Source of the DNA: Torpedo marmorata
Taxonomy: Eukaryota
Assembly (NCBI GenBank): GCA_977017645.1
Contig: OZ360227.1
Span: 154,442,001 to 154,506,000 of the forward strand
Direction of reading: 5' to 3'
Length of the DNA: 64,000 nt
Within the stretch, counting starts at the first letter, position 1, and every line of letters starts with the position of its first letter. Of this stretch, positions 35,652 through 48,365 are shown piece by piece. Position numbers and translations under genes: made by a program. The notes under the pieces are model-generated. The model was not told where the DNA came from, ran no database searches, and was given only the letters and a program-made list of their open reading frames with translations.

Positions 35652-36697
35652 CAGGTAATCCTCGATTTACGACCGTAATTGGGACCGAAGAGGTGGTCGT
35701 AACTCGGATTGGTCATTAGTCGGATTCATCCTACCGCGCATATCTGCTACCACTCCCACTACCACCACCAGCAACATTATTTTCAGTTTTAAGCCTTGTT
35801 TCCAGCTCTAGTTGTTGTATTTATTTGGATTCTGGTCCTAGCTAATTCAAGGGAAACCCATCCTTATGGAAAAACTCTTCCTTTCTCCATTTCAACCATC
35901 AGTGATCCATAAACGGATACCTTTCACTCCCACCCCCTATTTTTGGCTCCAACCGCCCACCCATCCGAGCTCCCGACGCCCCGACCGCCTGCCCATCCGA
36001 GCTCCCAATGCACCAGGCACCCACTCATCGGAGCTCCAGACGCCCCGACCGCCCACCCATGAGAGCTCCCGACGCCTCGGCCACCCACCCACCGGAGCTC
36101 CCGACGCCCCCGACCGCGGATCCTTGCCTGGGCTGCCCGTCCATCCAAGTTCCTGACACACCAGCCACTCGCTCATCGGAGCTCCAGACGCCCCGACCGC
36201 CCACCCATGGGAGCTCCCGACGCCTCGGCCACCTGGAGCTCCCGACGCCCCCGACCGCGGATCCTTGCCTGGGCCACCTGTCCATCCGTGCTCCCGACGC
36301 CCCAAACATGTCTTCGTTACCCATAATCCCCCACGCAGCTGGAACCGCTCTGCGTTTCCCTGGCGCTGGCACTGGCAGAGCGGTTCCAGCTGCGTGGGCG
36401 ATTATGGGTAACAAAGACGGCCATTGATCCCGCATTGAGCCGCCACTCCTGCCGGCGAAATTGCCATTTCTGGTTTAATAAAAATTAATTTGTGTTTTAA
36501 TTTCAACTGTAACAACGCTTTATTGAAACCCCAATTTAGCGCGACCCCGCTTTTTTCACGATGCGATTTTTATGAACTTCAAGTAAATACTATAATAAAG
36601 AATCTCAACATATATACAGTACTTTTAATACAAAAAAAATGTGGTCGTATATGCGGGTGGACGTAACTCGCGTAGGTCGTAAGTTGAGGATTACCTG
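35652..36697. mobile_element. Tigger/pogo-like MITE with internal GC-rich minisatellite and long hairpin
   Basis: TIRs CAGGTAATCCTCGATTTACGACC / GGTCGTAAGTTGAGGATTACCTG; TA TSD. Confidence 0.9.
35946..36302. repeat. ~30-bp GC-rich minisatellite
   Basis: Variants of GAGCTCCCGACGCCCCGACCGCCCACCCAT, with a higher-order duplication. Confidence 0.9.
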
Positions 36698-36837
36698 TAT
36701 TTGAACTTGTTGAAGACTGCTCCAGCTTTTGTACGGTTTGACATCATTTCAAATTTGATAATTTCCAAAGGTTTAATATTAAATAGTATGGGGTTGGATC
36801 CAATTATGACCATTGGCTTTTGATAAACTGCAATGTT

Positions 36838-38256
36838 GTTTTCAACCTCTCATTGCGGCAGTCAGAGGTTCCCACCTGCTTCAAAAGGGCATCAATCATC
36901 CCGGTACCCAAGAAGAGTAGTGTGGGCTGCCTCAACGACTACCGCCCAGTAGCACTAACTTCTACTGTGATGAAATGCTTTGAGAGGCTGGTCATGGCCA
37001 GAATTAACACATACCTAAGCAAAGATCTGGACCCACTGCAATTCGTCTATCGTCACAATCGCTCCACAGAAGATGCAATATCGCTGGCTCTCCACTCAGC
37101 TCTGGATCACCTCAAAATCAGCAATTCATACATACGGCTGCTCTTCATCGACTACAGCTCGGCCTTCAATACCATTATTCCCTCAGTGCTGGTCAAGAAG
37201 CTACAAACTCTAGGCCTTTTTCCCCCCCTCTGCAACTGGATCCTTGACTTTCTCATCGGAAGACCACGATCAGTACGAATTGGAAACAACGTCTCCTCCT
37301 CACTAATTATCAACACAGGCGCACCTCAAGGATGCGTGCTTAGTCCACTGCTCTACTCGTTATACACCCATGACTGTGTGGCCAGGCACAATTCCAATGC
37401 CATCTACAAGTTTGCCGATGACACCACAGTTGTCGGCAGAATCACAAACGGCAATGAGGAAGCATACAGGAGGGAGATAGATCAGCTCGTTGAATGGTGT
37501 AATGGCAACAACCTTGAGCTCAACATCAGCAAAACCAAGGAGATGATTGTGGACTTCAGGAGGAAGTCAGGGGAACACGACCCAGTCCTCATCGAGGGCT
37601 CAGTAGTGGAGAGGGTCAAGAACTTCAAATTCCTGGGTGTCAACATCTCCGAGGATCTGTCCTGGAGCCTCCACGTTGATGCAATCACAAAGAAGGCTCG
37701 CCAGCGGCTATACTTTGTGAGGTGTCTGAGGAGATTCGGTATGTCACCGAAGACTCTCGTAAACTTCTACAAGTGTACCGTGGAGAGCATTCTGGTTGGT
37801 TGCATCACTGCCTGGTATGGAGGCCCCAACTCCCAGGACAAGAGTAAACTCCAGAGGGTTGTTAACTCGGCCTATGACATCACAGGCACCAAACTTCACT
37901 CCATCGAGGACATCTACATGAGGCGGTGTCTTAAAAAAGCAACCTCTATCCTCAAAGACCCCCACCACCCAGGCCATGCCCTCTTCAATCTGCTTCCATC
38001 GGGAAAAAGGTACAGGAGCCTAAAGACGAGCACTCAACGGCACAAGGACAGCTTCTTCCCCGCTGCCATCAGATTCCTGAATAATCAATGAACCAAAGAC
38101 ACTGCCTTACTTTTCGTGCACTATTGTTTATAATTTTTTATAGTAATGTCGTAAAATGGTTAATATGAATGTTAATTGCACTATGATGCTACCGCAAAAC
38201 ACCGAATTTCATGACTTGTTTATGACAATAAATTCTGATTCTGAATTCTGATTCTG
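36838..38256 (+). mobile_element. Rex/Babar LINE, 5'-truncated, with unbroken RT frame (36820-38091)
   Basis: [58 protein letters not shown]; 3' UTR ends in (ATTCTG)n. Confidence 0.95.
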
Positions 38257-38559
38257 AAAGTGCCGTATAGTGGTATCTACTGGATGGAACAATTATTTAA
38301 CTCTTTTGTACTTCTCTGTCACCAATACTCTATTTCCATTATTCGCATGGTGTGCGAAGAGTCTAACTGTGGCAGGTGTTTTCTATGAGGAAGCAGCAAT
38401 ACCCTTGACGGTAAGACAGCACCCACGGTGGAGCAGGTAGTACCCCAGCTGCTTCAAGCTCTGTTCCACTTGAAGTAGCTATTGCCTATATTGGTAGAAA
38501 TAGCCCCCTTATAGAACAGGCAGCACCTGTGTTGGATTGTTAAAATAAGAACTGGAGTA

Positions 38560-38990
38560 CAGGGCAAAAGTACTCATCAGGTTACACAGCACCCGTAGGA
38601 AGTAAGAGGCAGTCGACGTTTAGGACCTGAGCCCTTCCTCAAGTGCTGAAAATTAGACAGAAGCCTGAATAAAAAGTTGGGGGTAGGGGAAGGGGGAAGG
38701 AACACAGTCTAACAGGTAAGAGGTACTAAGTGGATACAGGTGGGAGTGTAAATGAGCAAGAAGCTTCTTAGAGAGGACAGAGGACTAAGAAATATAGTTC
38801 TCTGATAGGAGAAGGGAAGAGGAGGGGAGCTACAGGAAGGGAGACAGGAGGATGAGGCAAAATGGAGAGACCAGGGATGGGGTTCGCAGAAATTGGACAA
38901 GTCAACATTGATGCATTTTGGTTGGAGACTGCCGAGAAGGAATATAAGGTATTTCTCCTCCAATTTCCGTGTGGCCTCAACAGCTGTACA
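38560..38990 (-). mobile_element. Penelope-like element 3' part
   Basis: Minus strand (L)EEKYLIFLLGSLQPKCINVD, then the UTR and the terminus CTTGAGGAAGGGCTCAGGTCCTAAACGTCGA. Confidence 0.8.
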
Positions 38991-39935
38991 ACAGGTGTAG
39001 GCAATTTAACCTACTGAGCTTGTTATTTCCATTCAATAGGCAATGAACCTTTCTCCATACCTCACTACATTTTTGGTCAAAACCAATTTAATCATTTCAA
39101 CTTAAAGTTAAGAATTGACCTAGTATTGTCATTTGAGTGAGAAAGCCTTACAATTATACTGCTTTTGCACATTGATGTGGGAAAGGTCAGGCTCTAATTT
39201 TCAGACAATGCTCCTTGATTCCCCACTCACCCTTGGCAAAATTGCCGCAGTGGTATCTGGCAGTTTGAGTACCTGCCCGTGAGCCACACTCTCCATCTCC
39301 TGCCAGTCAGATGTTTTCTAACTATGTCAACGATAATGCAAGAGCTTCAGCTCTAGGTTACAGTATCTTCTGGGAGCCAACATGAAATTTCAGCTGAAAG
39401 CAAATATCATCTAAAAATATTTCTCTGTCCAATACATCAGCCAGGTTCCTCAGGCATGGTCTACACTTTACAAATGCATAGTGGCTCACACTGATCAGCT
39501 GAGAAACAGAGGTGGCACCCACAGTGGAGAAGTTAGTGCCCTCAATGGTGATACAGCAAGTGCCCTTAGCACAGGAACCCATATCAGCAGCAGAGTGAGC
39601 AATCCCCATTTTCAAGGGTGTGTTGACTTGCTGCAAGGAAAATTACTCAACCCGAATGGGTGGCTAATGTGGTGACGATGTTTTCTAAACTGGAATATCT
39701 CGATCTATTCATGGACATTCTGACCTGTGTCCACACCCCACCAACTCCAGGAAACACCATCTGCTCAGTCCTGTAGACATATGAACGATAACATTCATTG
39801 CAAATAACTGTAAAATTTGTTTGTCACATCCAGGTTATTTTTATACTGTTATCATCAGAAGAAGGGACATCCTTTTAAAAAAAGAGAGTGAAATACCACA
39901 CTCAAGGGATCTTTCAGATAGGCACAGTTCTGCGA

Positions 39936-40130
39936 GTAAAACATACAGAAATGCTGGAGGAACTCAGCCGGTCTCACAGCATCCATAGGAGGTAAAGATA
40001 TATTACCGACATTTTGGGCCTGAGCACTTTTTCACCTCCACCTCCTCACGCTGCGAGACCGGCTGAGTTCCTCCAGCATTTCTGTGTGTTTTTGCTATGA
40101 TCACAGCGTCTGCAGACTTTTGTGTTTCAT
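39936..40130. mobile_element. Fold-back Penelope termini (inverted repeat)
   Basis: AAAACATACAGAAATGCTGGAGGAACTCAGCCGGTCTCACAGC is inverted at GCTGCGAGACCGGCTGAGTTCCTCCAGCATTTCTGTGTGTTTT. Confidence 0.8.
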
Positions 40131-40179
40131 ACAGTTCTGAGCAGACCACTTAGCCTATTGCAATGGTAAATAATATATA

Positions 40180-40535
40180 ACTTACATTTGTCTATCACCT
40201 TTCCACCTTCTCGATATCCCAAGGCCCATGAAATACTTTTAAGTCACTGTCATAACATAGGAAGTGCACAAAGTAACTTCCCATAGAAAGCATTGTGATC
40301 ATCTGTCGTAATGATGTTTGTTGATGGTGGATTTGAAAGGCGCTGGGGAGATATCCTCTGTTCCTTGACACAACAGCATGGACACAACTCAAAAGAGTAG
40401 ACAGAATCTTGGTTTAACATCTGAAAGGTATCATCTCCAACAATGTAGGGCCTAGAATATCGGGCTCAGGTCGGTGGAGTGGAACTTGAACCATAATTTT
40501 CTGATATAAGAGGTATGTGCACCCGACAAAGGCAT
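40180..40535 (-). mobile_element. Ancient Deu-domain SINE
   Basis: AGTAGACAGAATCTTGGTTTAACATCTGAAAGG...TGGAGTGGAACTTGAACC; collinear with the 24.2/26.6 kb copy. Confidence 0.6.
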
Positions 40536-41350
40536 GGCTTTTGGACTGCCACACAGTGACAGCTACAATGGTGAACCCTCTTGTGTTAAAATACCCAATA
40601 GGTATTTTAGTAAGCAAAACCTAAGTTTGGAACAACAGACTGAATAAGAATTTAAGAGAAAGACATCACCACATCTCCCACCGAATATAAACAATATAAA
40701 CCATGCTAATACACAAGTTACAAAAATTAGAATTTCACGTATGTTACATTCTAAATGTAGTATTATGTGACAATAATGGAACCTTACCTTTAAATTGCTC
40801 ACATTGGCCCTTCAAATTTTATTATTCAGTTTAACTGAGAGTACTATTATTTTAAAATGCACTTAGTTTTAAATGATGACATATGGACCATTACAACTTT
40901 TACTATTATTTCCTGCTGTACTGTCAACATCTCTCTTTTGTGGAGGGAGAATATTAACAGATTCTATCATCTATACTCAGCACTCCTCTCTTCTACTGAA
41001 GGAATATAGTTGTCATGGTTGATCCAGATGTTACTCTCCCCTTCATTTCACCCCAACCCAGTTCTGCTCTCACTGTGTCCATGTAGGCAAAATTCGAGAA
41101 GGGATTCATTTAAACCTATCAAGTAATGGGTCCCTCCACAATATTTCCCATTGTTAAATTGTACAGAAATGACAAGCTGCAGAATGCACTTTTGTTATAT
41201 GACTGATATCAACTAATCTAGCACTGATCATGAATTAACCTTGGTCCTCCTGTCTGGCCAATTGAGTTATTCACTGGTCTATCAATTCTAAACAAATCCA
41301 CACATGATGTCCCTTTCAGGCAAGATAATAAATGCCCGTTTGTTTGAAAG

Positions 41351-42101
41351 TTGTGTAACGACAACAACCTTGCGCTCAACGTCAGCAAAACCAAGGAGAT
41401 GATTGTGGACTTCAGGAGGAAGTCAGGGGAACATGACCCAGTCCTCATCGAGGGCTCAGTAGTGGAGAGGGTCAAGAACTTCAAATTCCTGGGGGTCAAC
41501 ATCTCCGAGGATCTGTCCTGGAGCCTCACAAAGAAGGCTCGCCAGCGGCTATACTTTGTGAGGTGTCTGAGGAGATTCGGTATGTCACCGAAGACTCTCG
41601 TAAACCTCTACAGGTTTACCGTGGAGAGCATTCTGGCTGGTTGCATCACTGCCTGGTATGGAAGTTCCAACTCTCAGGACAAGAATAAACTCCAGAGGGT
41701 TGTTAACTCGGCCTGTGACATCACAGGCACCAGACATCACTCCATCGAGGACATCTACATGAGGCGGTGTCTTAAAAAAGCAGCCTCTATCCTCAAAGAC
41801 CCCCACCACCCAGGCCATGCCCTCTTCACTCTGCTACCATTGGGAAAAAGGTACAGGAGCCTAAAGACAAGCACTCAAAGGCACAAGGACAGCTTCTTCC
41901 CCGCTGCCATCAGATTCCTGAATAATCAATGAACCAAAGACACTGACTTACTTTTCGTGCACTATTATTTATACTTTTTTTTATAGTAATGTCGTAAGAT
42001 GGTTATAATATGAATGTTTGCACTATGATGCTGCCGCAAAACACCGAATTTCATGACTTGTTCATGACAATAAATTCTGATTCTGATAAATTCTGATTCT
42101 G
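41351..42101 (+). mobile_element. Rex/Babar LINE, 5'-truncated
   Basis: Near-identical to 37497-38256 apart from a 15-bp in-frame deletion; (ATTCTG)n tail; GAAAGT at both junctions (possible TSD). Confidence 0.95.
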
Positions 42102-42252
42102 AAAGTGAATAAACATGTTCATAAAAGTCATACGGGAGTTGACTTGCTCTCAAATAAAATTGCTTAAAACCAGATTATCTGATGAAGTACCCAATACTAC
42201 TTGTGACATCTTACTGTTTACAAATTGGCTGTTGCCTTTCTATGAACTAGAA

Positions 42253-42628
42253 CAGTGGTTTTCAAACTGCCCCCCTAAACTCACATTCCACCTTAAGCAA
42301 TCCCTATGCCATAAGTGCTCTGTGATTAGTAAGGGATTGCTTAAGGTGGTATGTGAGTGGGAAGGGAAGGTTGAGAACCACTGCTCTAGACAAAATTGTT
42401 ACTGAAATATTTTGCTTAAGAAAAATTGTCATTGGCCCATTTCCTTTGGAGTTATGAAACCGTGCACATAACGAGTCAATTAGGTACGATTAAAACAGTG
42501 GTTTTCAAACCTTTTTCTTTCCACTCACATACCACCTTAAGCAATCCCTTACTAATCACAGAGCACTTATGGCATAGGGATTGCTTAAGGTGGAATGTGA
42601 TTTTAGGGGGGAAGTTTGAAAACCACTG
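42253..42628. mobile_element. hAT (Charlie-like) MITE
   Basis: TIRs CAGTGGTTTTCAAAC / GTTTGAAAACCACTG; perfect 8-bp TSD AACTAGAA (42245-42252, 42629-42636). Confidence 0.93.
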
Positions 42629-45600
42629 AACTAGAATAACAATTTATTTGATATGGAAGATATTGTGGATATCCCAAGCTTATGGAAGATGTGAGGTAAA
42701 TGTAATATCTTACAGCTTTTTGTTAGCAACAGAAATGGAAGTATCAAAATACATCATTCAAAAGTTAGCTTCAGACTCTCATCCCTTAAAGTTTCACATG
42801 CATGATTGGTGGCTTCAATTTGTGCCTCTCAACTCAATAGCCCAGAGAGTGAACATTTTAGCAGAGTGGCAAAGGAGGTTACTTTTAATTTGAAGTTATT
42901 ATTCAGACCACAAAACTTACTGACTCTTATCTGATTGTTTAGCGAAGTGGTACCTAATTTAACACTTTTTAGATTTATTTCAGGCCTTTATTTCAATTTG
43001 AATGATCTTTCATTTTCAACTCTAATGGTGCAATTAAATTCAAGATGGCAGGTCAAGGGTCAAGGGTTGGGTATGGAGGGAGAAGGGTAACAATGAGCAT
43101 GATGTTGTATTGTGAAGCACAGACATGGTGTGACAGGACACAGGCTCGACATCTGCTGCGACTTCCAACTAGATTATGCATTTATCTCACTCTTAACTTC
43201 TAAAAGAAACTAATCATGAATTCACATGACCTAAGATGTAGAAATAGTCAGAAAGATTTCTGCCCCATCATATATGCATACTGTGACTTGACCATTCTCT
43301 AATTTGTGGCATTAATAAAGGCCATGAAACTCACCGCCAATGGGTGTACATTTATAAGTCACACATTAGTAATTTGAGGTGTTTCTCTCCCCTTTTCCCA
43401 GTTACTTTATAATAAGTCATAGCCATAACACCCAGCATTGCCACTAAGACAGGCTCTGGATTTTTAGGTTTTGTGACTTAGGAGGACTGTAATTTGAAGT
43501 TAAAAAAACTGTAATTGAACAACATCCTCATTTATAATAAAAGACAGCCCTGTGTGAGGTGCAAGGCAGTTATATAATCCAGCAGTTTGAGATAATATCC
43601 TACAACATCTGGATGCCTTACATCTTCAAAGCATTTTAAACAGTCTTTACTTTTGTTCACAAGTAAAACTGCAGACTTACTCATTCAAAGGGTACAAACC
43701 ACTGTAGTATTTTGGAAATGAATCTTAATTATTTTTCTGTGTATTGTAGATATTAATATAAGTACTCATATTTACAAAAAGGAATAAAAACTATAAATGA
43801 CTGGATTGTTCATTTTTATTGATGATAGGAGAACCTTTGGTGTTGATTTAATTCTGCTGATTCAGTGGAGCTGGACCATCTACCCCGATTATTTGTACCT
43901 TGAGAAAGGCGCTTGGAGAATGGAGGTTTGGAAAAACTATAATCCTTGTAGCCAGCTCAACTCACTGACATAATTTGACATAACTGTTAGCAATGGCTGT
44001 CACTGAAGTCTATTGCAAGGGTGTTTCTTTAGGAGGATAGAGTTCAACTATTCAGCTGTCCCATTGCAGACTTCAAATTAGTTGCAACCAGAGCACATTG
44101 AATACTTTGAATTTGGTCAATAAAAACACTGAAGTTCAAATTATATGGACATTACATCTAGGATGTAGTGTTAATCCCATGTTTGCAACCTGCAGGATCA
44201 TGTCAGCAAGGTTTCACCTCCTCTATTCAATCTTGCAAAATTAACACGAAACGGCACATCAGCAGAATCCTCCCCCACTCGACTTCATTTATAAATTGCA
44301 AGAATGATGCCATTATATATTATTAATTTCTGCTGTTCGCCGCTGCAGTGATAGCAACGAGTCGCCGATGTTCGAGCTTTGTAATTAGGTTCTAGTAGGG
44401 CAGCCATCCGTCCCTTTTCAAAAATTTACAGGATTCTTAATCACACTGCTCATTTGACTGTGCAGTAGCAAGTACAGTGAACACAAACAGGCCACGTTCG
44501 TTTACACAGGAACACCTGCTTAGCCTGATAGCAGATGTCACTGTGGAGAGAGAGAGAAAAAAAAGGGAAAAGAGAGATCAGCACGTGACAGCCAAATGAT
44601 ATGCGTTTTTAATTTTCTTTGACTTCTGCTCCCAATACATATATTAACTCTGCCCTACCTATTCCTTGATTTTTTTTGTAAATTTGGTGAGGTGACACCC
44701 CCTTCAGTTGCTAGTTTGTGATTTATTCAGCAGTTCTTGTATTGCATTTGCTCACTTTTTAAAAACCTGTAGCTCCTGATGTGCTCAATGATATTTGTGG
44801 TGGAGGTGTTTGTGGAAAAGATTCCTTTAGCTATAGTGGCATTGCACATGCTTGTGGAGATTTCTTTCATTTAATCTTCAAAATTAAAATGATTTAATTT
44901 AGAAATCCTGAAGGAAAGATATTTTAATACCTACATATGGTGTTACAATGGAACCAATTTTTTATTCTTGGACCTGTAATTTAAATAGATTTTGTAAAGT
45001 GGCACAGGTACAATTTGTTCCTGAATGCTTCAGAAATGGGTTAGACTGAGTAACCAAGAAAAGGAAGCTTTCTTCAATGCTCTCCGTTCACTCGGAGGTC
45101 AACTTCTAAGTGTTGCCAGTCACCTTTGAAAACTGTAAAACAAATACATATGGTTTCTGAAGTTCAAATTTGTTTACAGTGAATCAACACAAGGACAGTA
45201 TGAGCAATATCAGGAAAAGTACAACTCTTTAATTAAATAAATGTATTTCAAGGAAAACTGTCAACAAATATTTGTTAATTTTCAGAAAGGAGCTGCAGCA
45301 TATATATGGTAAACATTGGCTAATTAGCAGAGGCATAAAATAGTGAACGAAATAAAAACAGATATTCACTGCAGATTCATAAAGTTATATTGCATCCTAA
45401 CATATTTGAAAAAGAATAATGCTCCTAAAAGAATAGCAATTCATACACCTCTAACCATTTTTGATCTTTACAAATTGGTCTGCATGTGCATGTAAAAAAG
45501 TCAAGCTTGCAAGACAGAAAATCAGCACAGCATGGATCCTTTAGAAAGTCATGATATATCAGTTACCAGAACACTATGCTTTTGAATGCAATGGGAATTT

Positions 45601-47227
45601 TTTGTTTCCGAATATTAAAGTTTATTTGAACAAGTAAAAGGCTTCACCATTTTTGAGGTTTATTAAGTGAAATTGTCAGAACAGTAGAAATTGAAACAGA
45701 TTTTACATATCACAGCGCAGCAGTAGGTCATAATATTGTGACGCTCTGTAAAGCAGTTTCTTCACTAGACGGTAAATGTATAGTTTTTCAGAGAAGTAAG
45801 CTATTTTGCAGCCCAATACTTGTATAATGTACAATGTGCTGGAATGTGAAAAGAGTAGCAGGGACAACTTTGTGTAAAAAGCAGTGCATAGAGTGCTTAA
45901 GTTAACTGTTAGATGTCACATTGGTAATATTAAAGAATTAGCATTATTTTTTGCTTTATTGTTCAAGGGGAAATAGGAGGGAATATTAAATTCCTTCCAA
46001 ATCCTTGTTCCTTTCTGCCATTCTATATACTACAGATTTAAGCCTCTCTCAATCATTAGAGACAAGTTTCCATAGCTTTTAAGAATACACGGCAATGGAC
46101 CCTTTCCTTTCATTGGCATGCAGTGGCCAGATGAGCAAGCACAAAGGAGCTCTGGGGACTTCCAAACTTTGACAGCTTTGTATTTGATGGCAATAAGTAC
46201 TCCAATGCACGTTCTGTACTTGTTTGCTTCAAATGAGTTGTTTGATACTTTTGGTACTCATAGTCCAGATAGTTTTACACCCTAATCTGGCGACTTCATG
46301 GCTGAACTATGACTTGTTGCATTTAAAATATATGTATTGTCCTATTTGATGAGTAACTGAGGTGACAGAATTTCCATTTGCTTTTCGCAAACCACCATAA
46401 CACCCCACCCTCACTCCATAAAAATAACCAAATGTTATAAATTATCCTTGATCTCGGTGGTTAATAATACTTTTGAACATATGTTTGATTATTTCGTAGT
46501 CAGTCTGATTTATACAAAGAAATGCCAGACAGATTAACCATAACTAATGCTCCGCTCTTCTCCCTACTTCCAACCCCAAACATCCCCTTTCACCAAGCTT
46601 TCCAAATGTTTTGTGATTTTATCCCAACCAATATTATGGGATCCTGTCCGTGAATTGGGTTCAGGCAGAAAAAAAGATTGCAAGTGTGCATATTCTCTTT
46701 ACAAAATAGCTGGCTGGCACTGTGGTCTGTTAGAATTGATATATTGATTGCTTCAAATATATGATTGTCCATTGCATAAGCTCCATTTTCAAAGCATAGA
46801 CACATTTGCAGCTCTATCCTTTTTCCCACATGGATCAATTATATGATCACGTAATCCTGTTTCCTGTGAAATCCGTGCGTGCTTTCCCATTTGCTGCATA
46901 TCCTAGGCGTGCAAGTTACATTATGTGCATATATGCAAACAGTGTGCCAAAATTAGGGATTGTTTTCCAACTGACAACTCAAGAGCTGAGAGCGATGCCT
47001 CCCTTTCCCCTCCCCCTCAAAGAGAATCAGAAGACAGATTACCAAATTATTCAATCCAGAACCAAAAAATAATGGACTATGAAAATAGCCCATTCAACAC
47101 TCTAGAGATAAATAGTTTTCTTTCTTCAATTAGCAGGTACTACTGCCTGTATGGTTAAGTTTAACCAGAAACTGGGATGTGCTAAAAGCACCCATTTAAT
47201 GTAATTTTTCTTGATACTTGAGATTTT

Positions 47228-47481
47228 TTTTAAAATTTAAAAATAATTTAGAGATACAGCACGGTAACAGGCCCTTCCAGACCATGAGGCCGCGGCCCAA
47301 ATACACCCATGTGACCAATTAACCTACTAACCTGCAGGTCTTTGGAATGTGGGAGGAAACAGGAGCACCCACATAGACATGGGAAGAATGTACAAACTCC
47401 TTACAGACAGCACCGGATTCGAATCCAGGTCGCTGGTGCTGTAATAGCCTTGCACTAACCTCTATGCTAACTGTACCTCCC
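47228..47481 (-). mobile_element. tRNA-derived V-SINE (HE1-like)
   Basis: Reverse complement of the 8870 SINE: TTTAGAGATACAGCACGG...TGGGAGGAAACAGGAGCACCC...GTACAAACTCCTTACAGACAGC. Confidence 0.88.
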
Positions 47482-48101
47482 TAAAGTAAAGGTAAAGGTT
47501 CCATTATTGTCACATTATGTAATACTACATAAGTGAGTTATCCTTCGGCTTTCCTTTCATTTATAGGGACAAAATTGGAGACCTCAGTGAGGTGATAGGT
47601 TGACCTCATCTTTAGGAATCCAAGCACGATCAAAGAAATCAAGCAGGACCAATACCAGCTACAATGAATGAATTGCAACTTTTTATAAAACTTTTCATTA
47701 TGTTCTGTCTTTTTCTTCATTTTAAACAATATCACTAATAGTTGGCAATACCTCCTTCTTTGGGGGCTGAGGAGAAAATTTATGTGAATAATGTTTACAT
47801 TTACATTATTTTTGTAAACCACATATCCTTCTGCAGGCTTGTAGATTGTAAAAAATAAAATTCAGGGGAACATTAGTGGAAAATGAATGGAGAACATAAC
47901 AGAATCACAACCTTGTATGAATGCAGTCATTTACATCAACGCCCAAGGAACAGACCCCCCTTACATTAGGTCAGATGTGCTCTTGGGATACTTGAAATCA
48001 GATTGACGATTTAAATGTGCGCAGCAAAAATCCCAGAAGACTATGTAACTCTGGCATTGGTAGGAAATTGGAAAGGGACAATTAAGTTGTTTACTAACAG
48101 A

Positions 48102-48365
48102 AGGGGTGGCAAGGTTAGCGTAGCGGTTAGCGCAATGATGTTACAGCGCCAGTGATTGGTACCGGGGTTTGAATCCCTCCACTGTCTGTAAAGAGTTTGT
48201 ACGTTCTCACTGTGTCTGCGTGGGTTTTCCCGGGGGGCTTCGGTTTCCTCCCACCGTTCAAAACATACCGGGGGTTGTAGATTAATTGGGTGTAATTGAG
48301 CGGCACGGGATTGTGGGCCGAAAGGGCCTCCTACCATGATGTATGTCTAAATTTTAAAAAAATTA
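48102..48365 (+). mobile_element. tRNA-derived V-SINE (HE1-like)
   Basis: A box TAGCGTAGCGG, B box GGTTTGAATCC, V domain, tail GGGCCGAAAGGGCC. Confidence 0.9.

Noticed and set aside
35866-36435. Pro/Arg/Gly-rich ORFs on both strands
   Set aside because: Translation of a GC-rich minisatellite inside a MITE
36820-38091. Host gene or domesticated reverse transcriptase
   Set aside because: 5'-truncated, no true ATG start, near-identical sister copies and a LINE tail; an ordinary young LINE copy
39240-39800. Possible decayed Harbinger transposase remnant
   Set aside because: Only a vague motif resemblance; cannot be supported without a search
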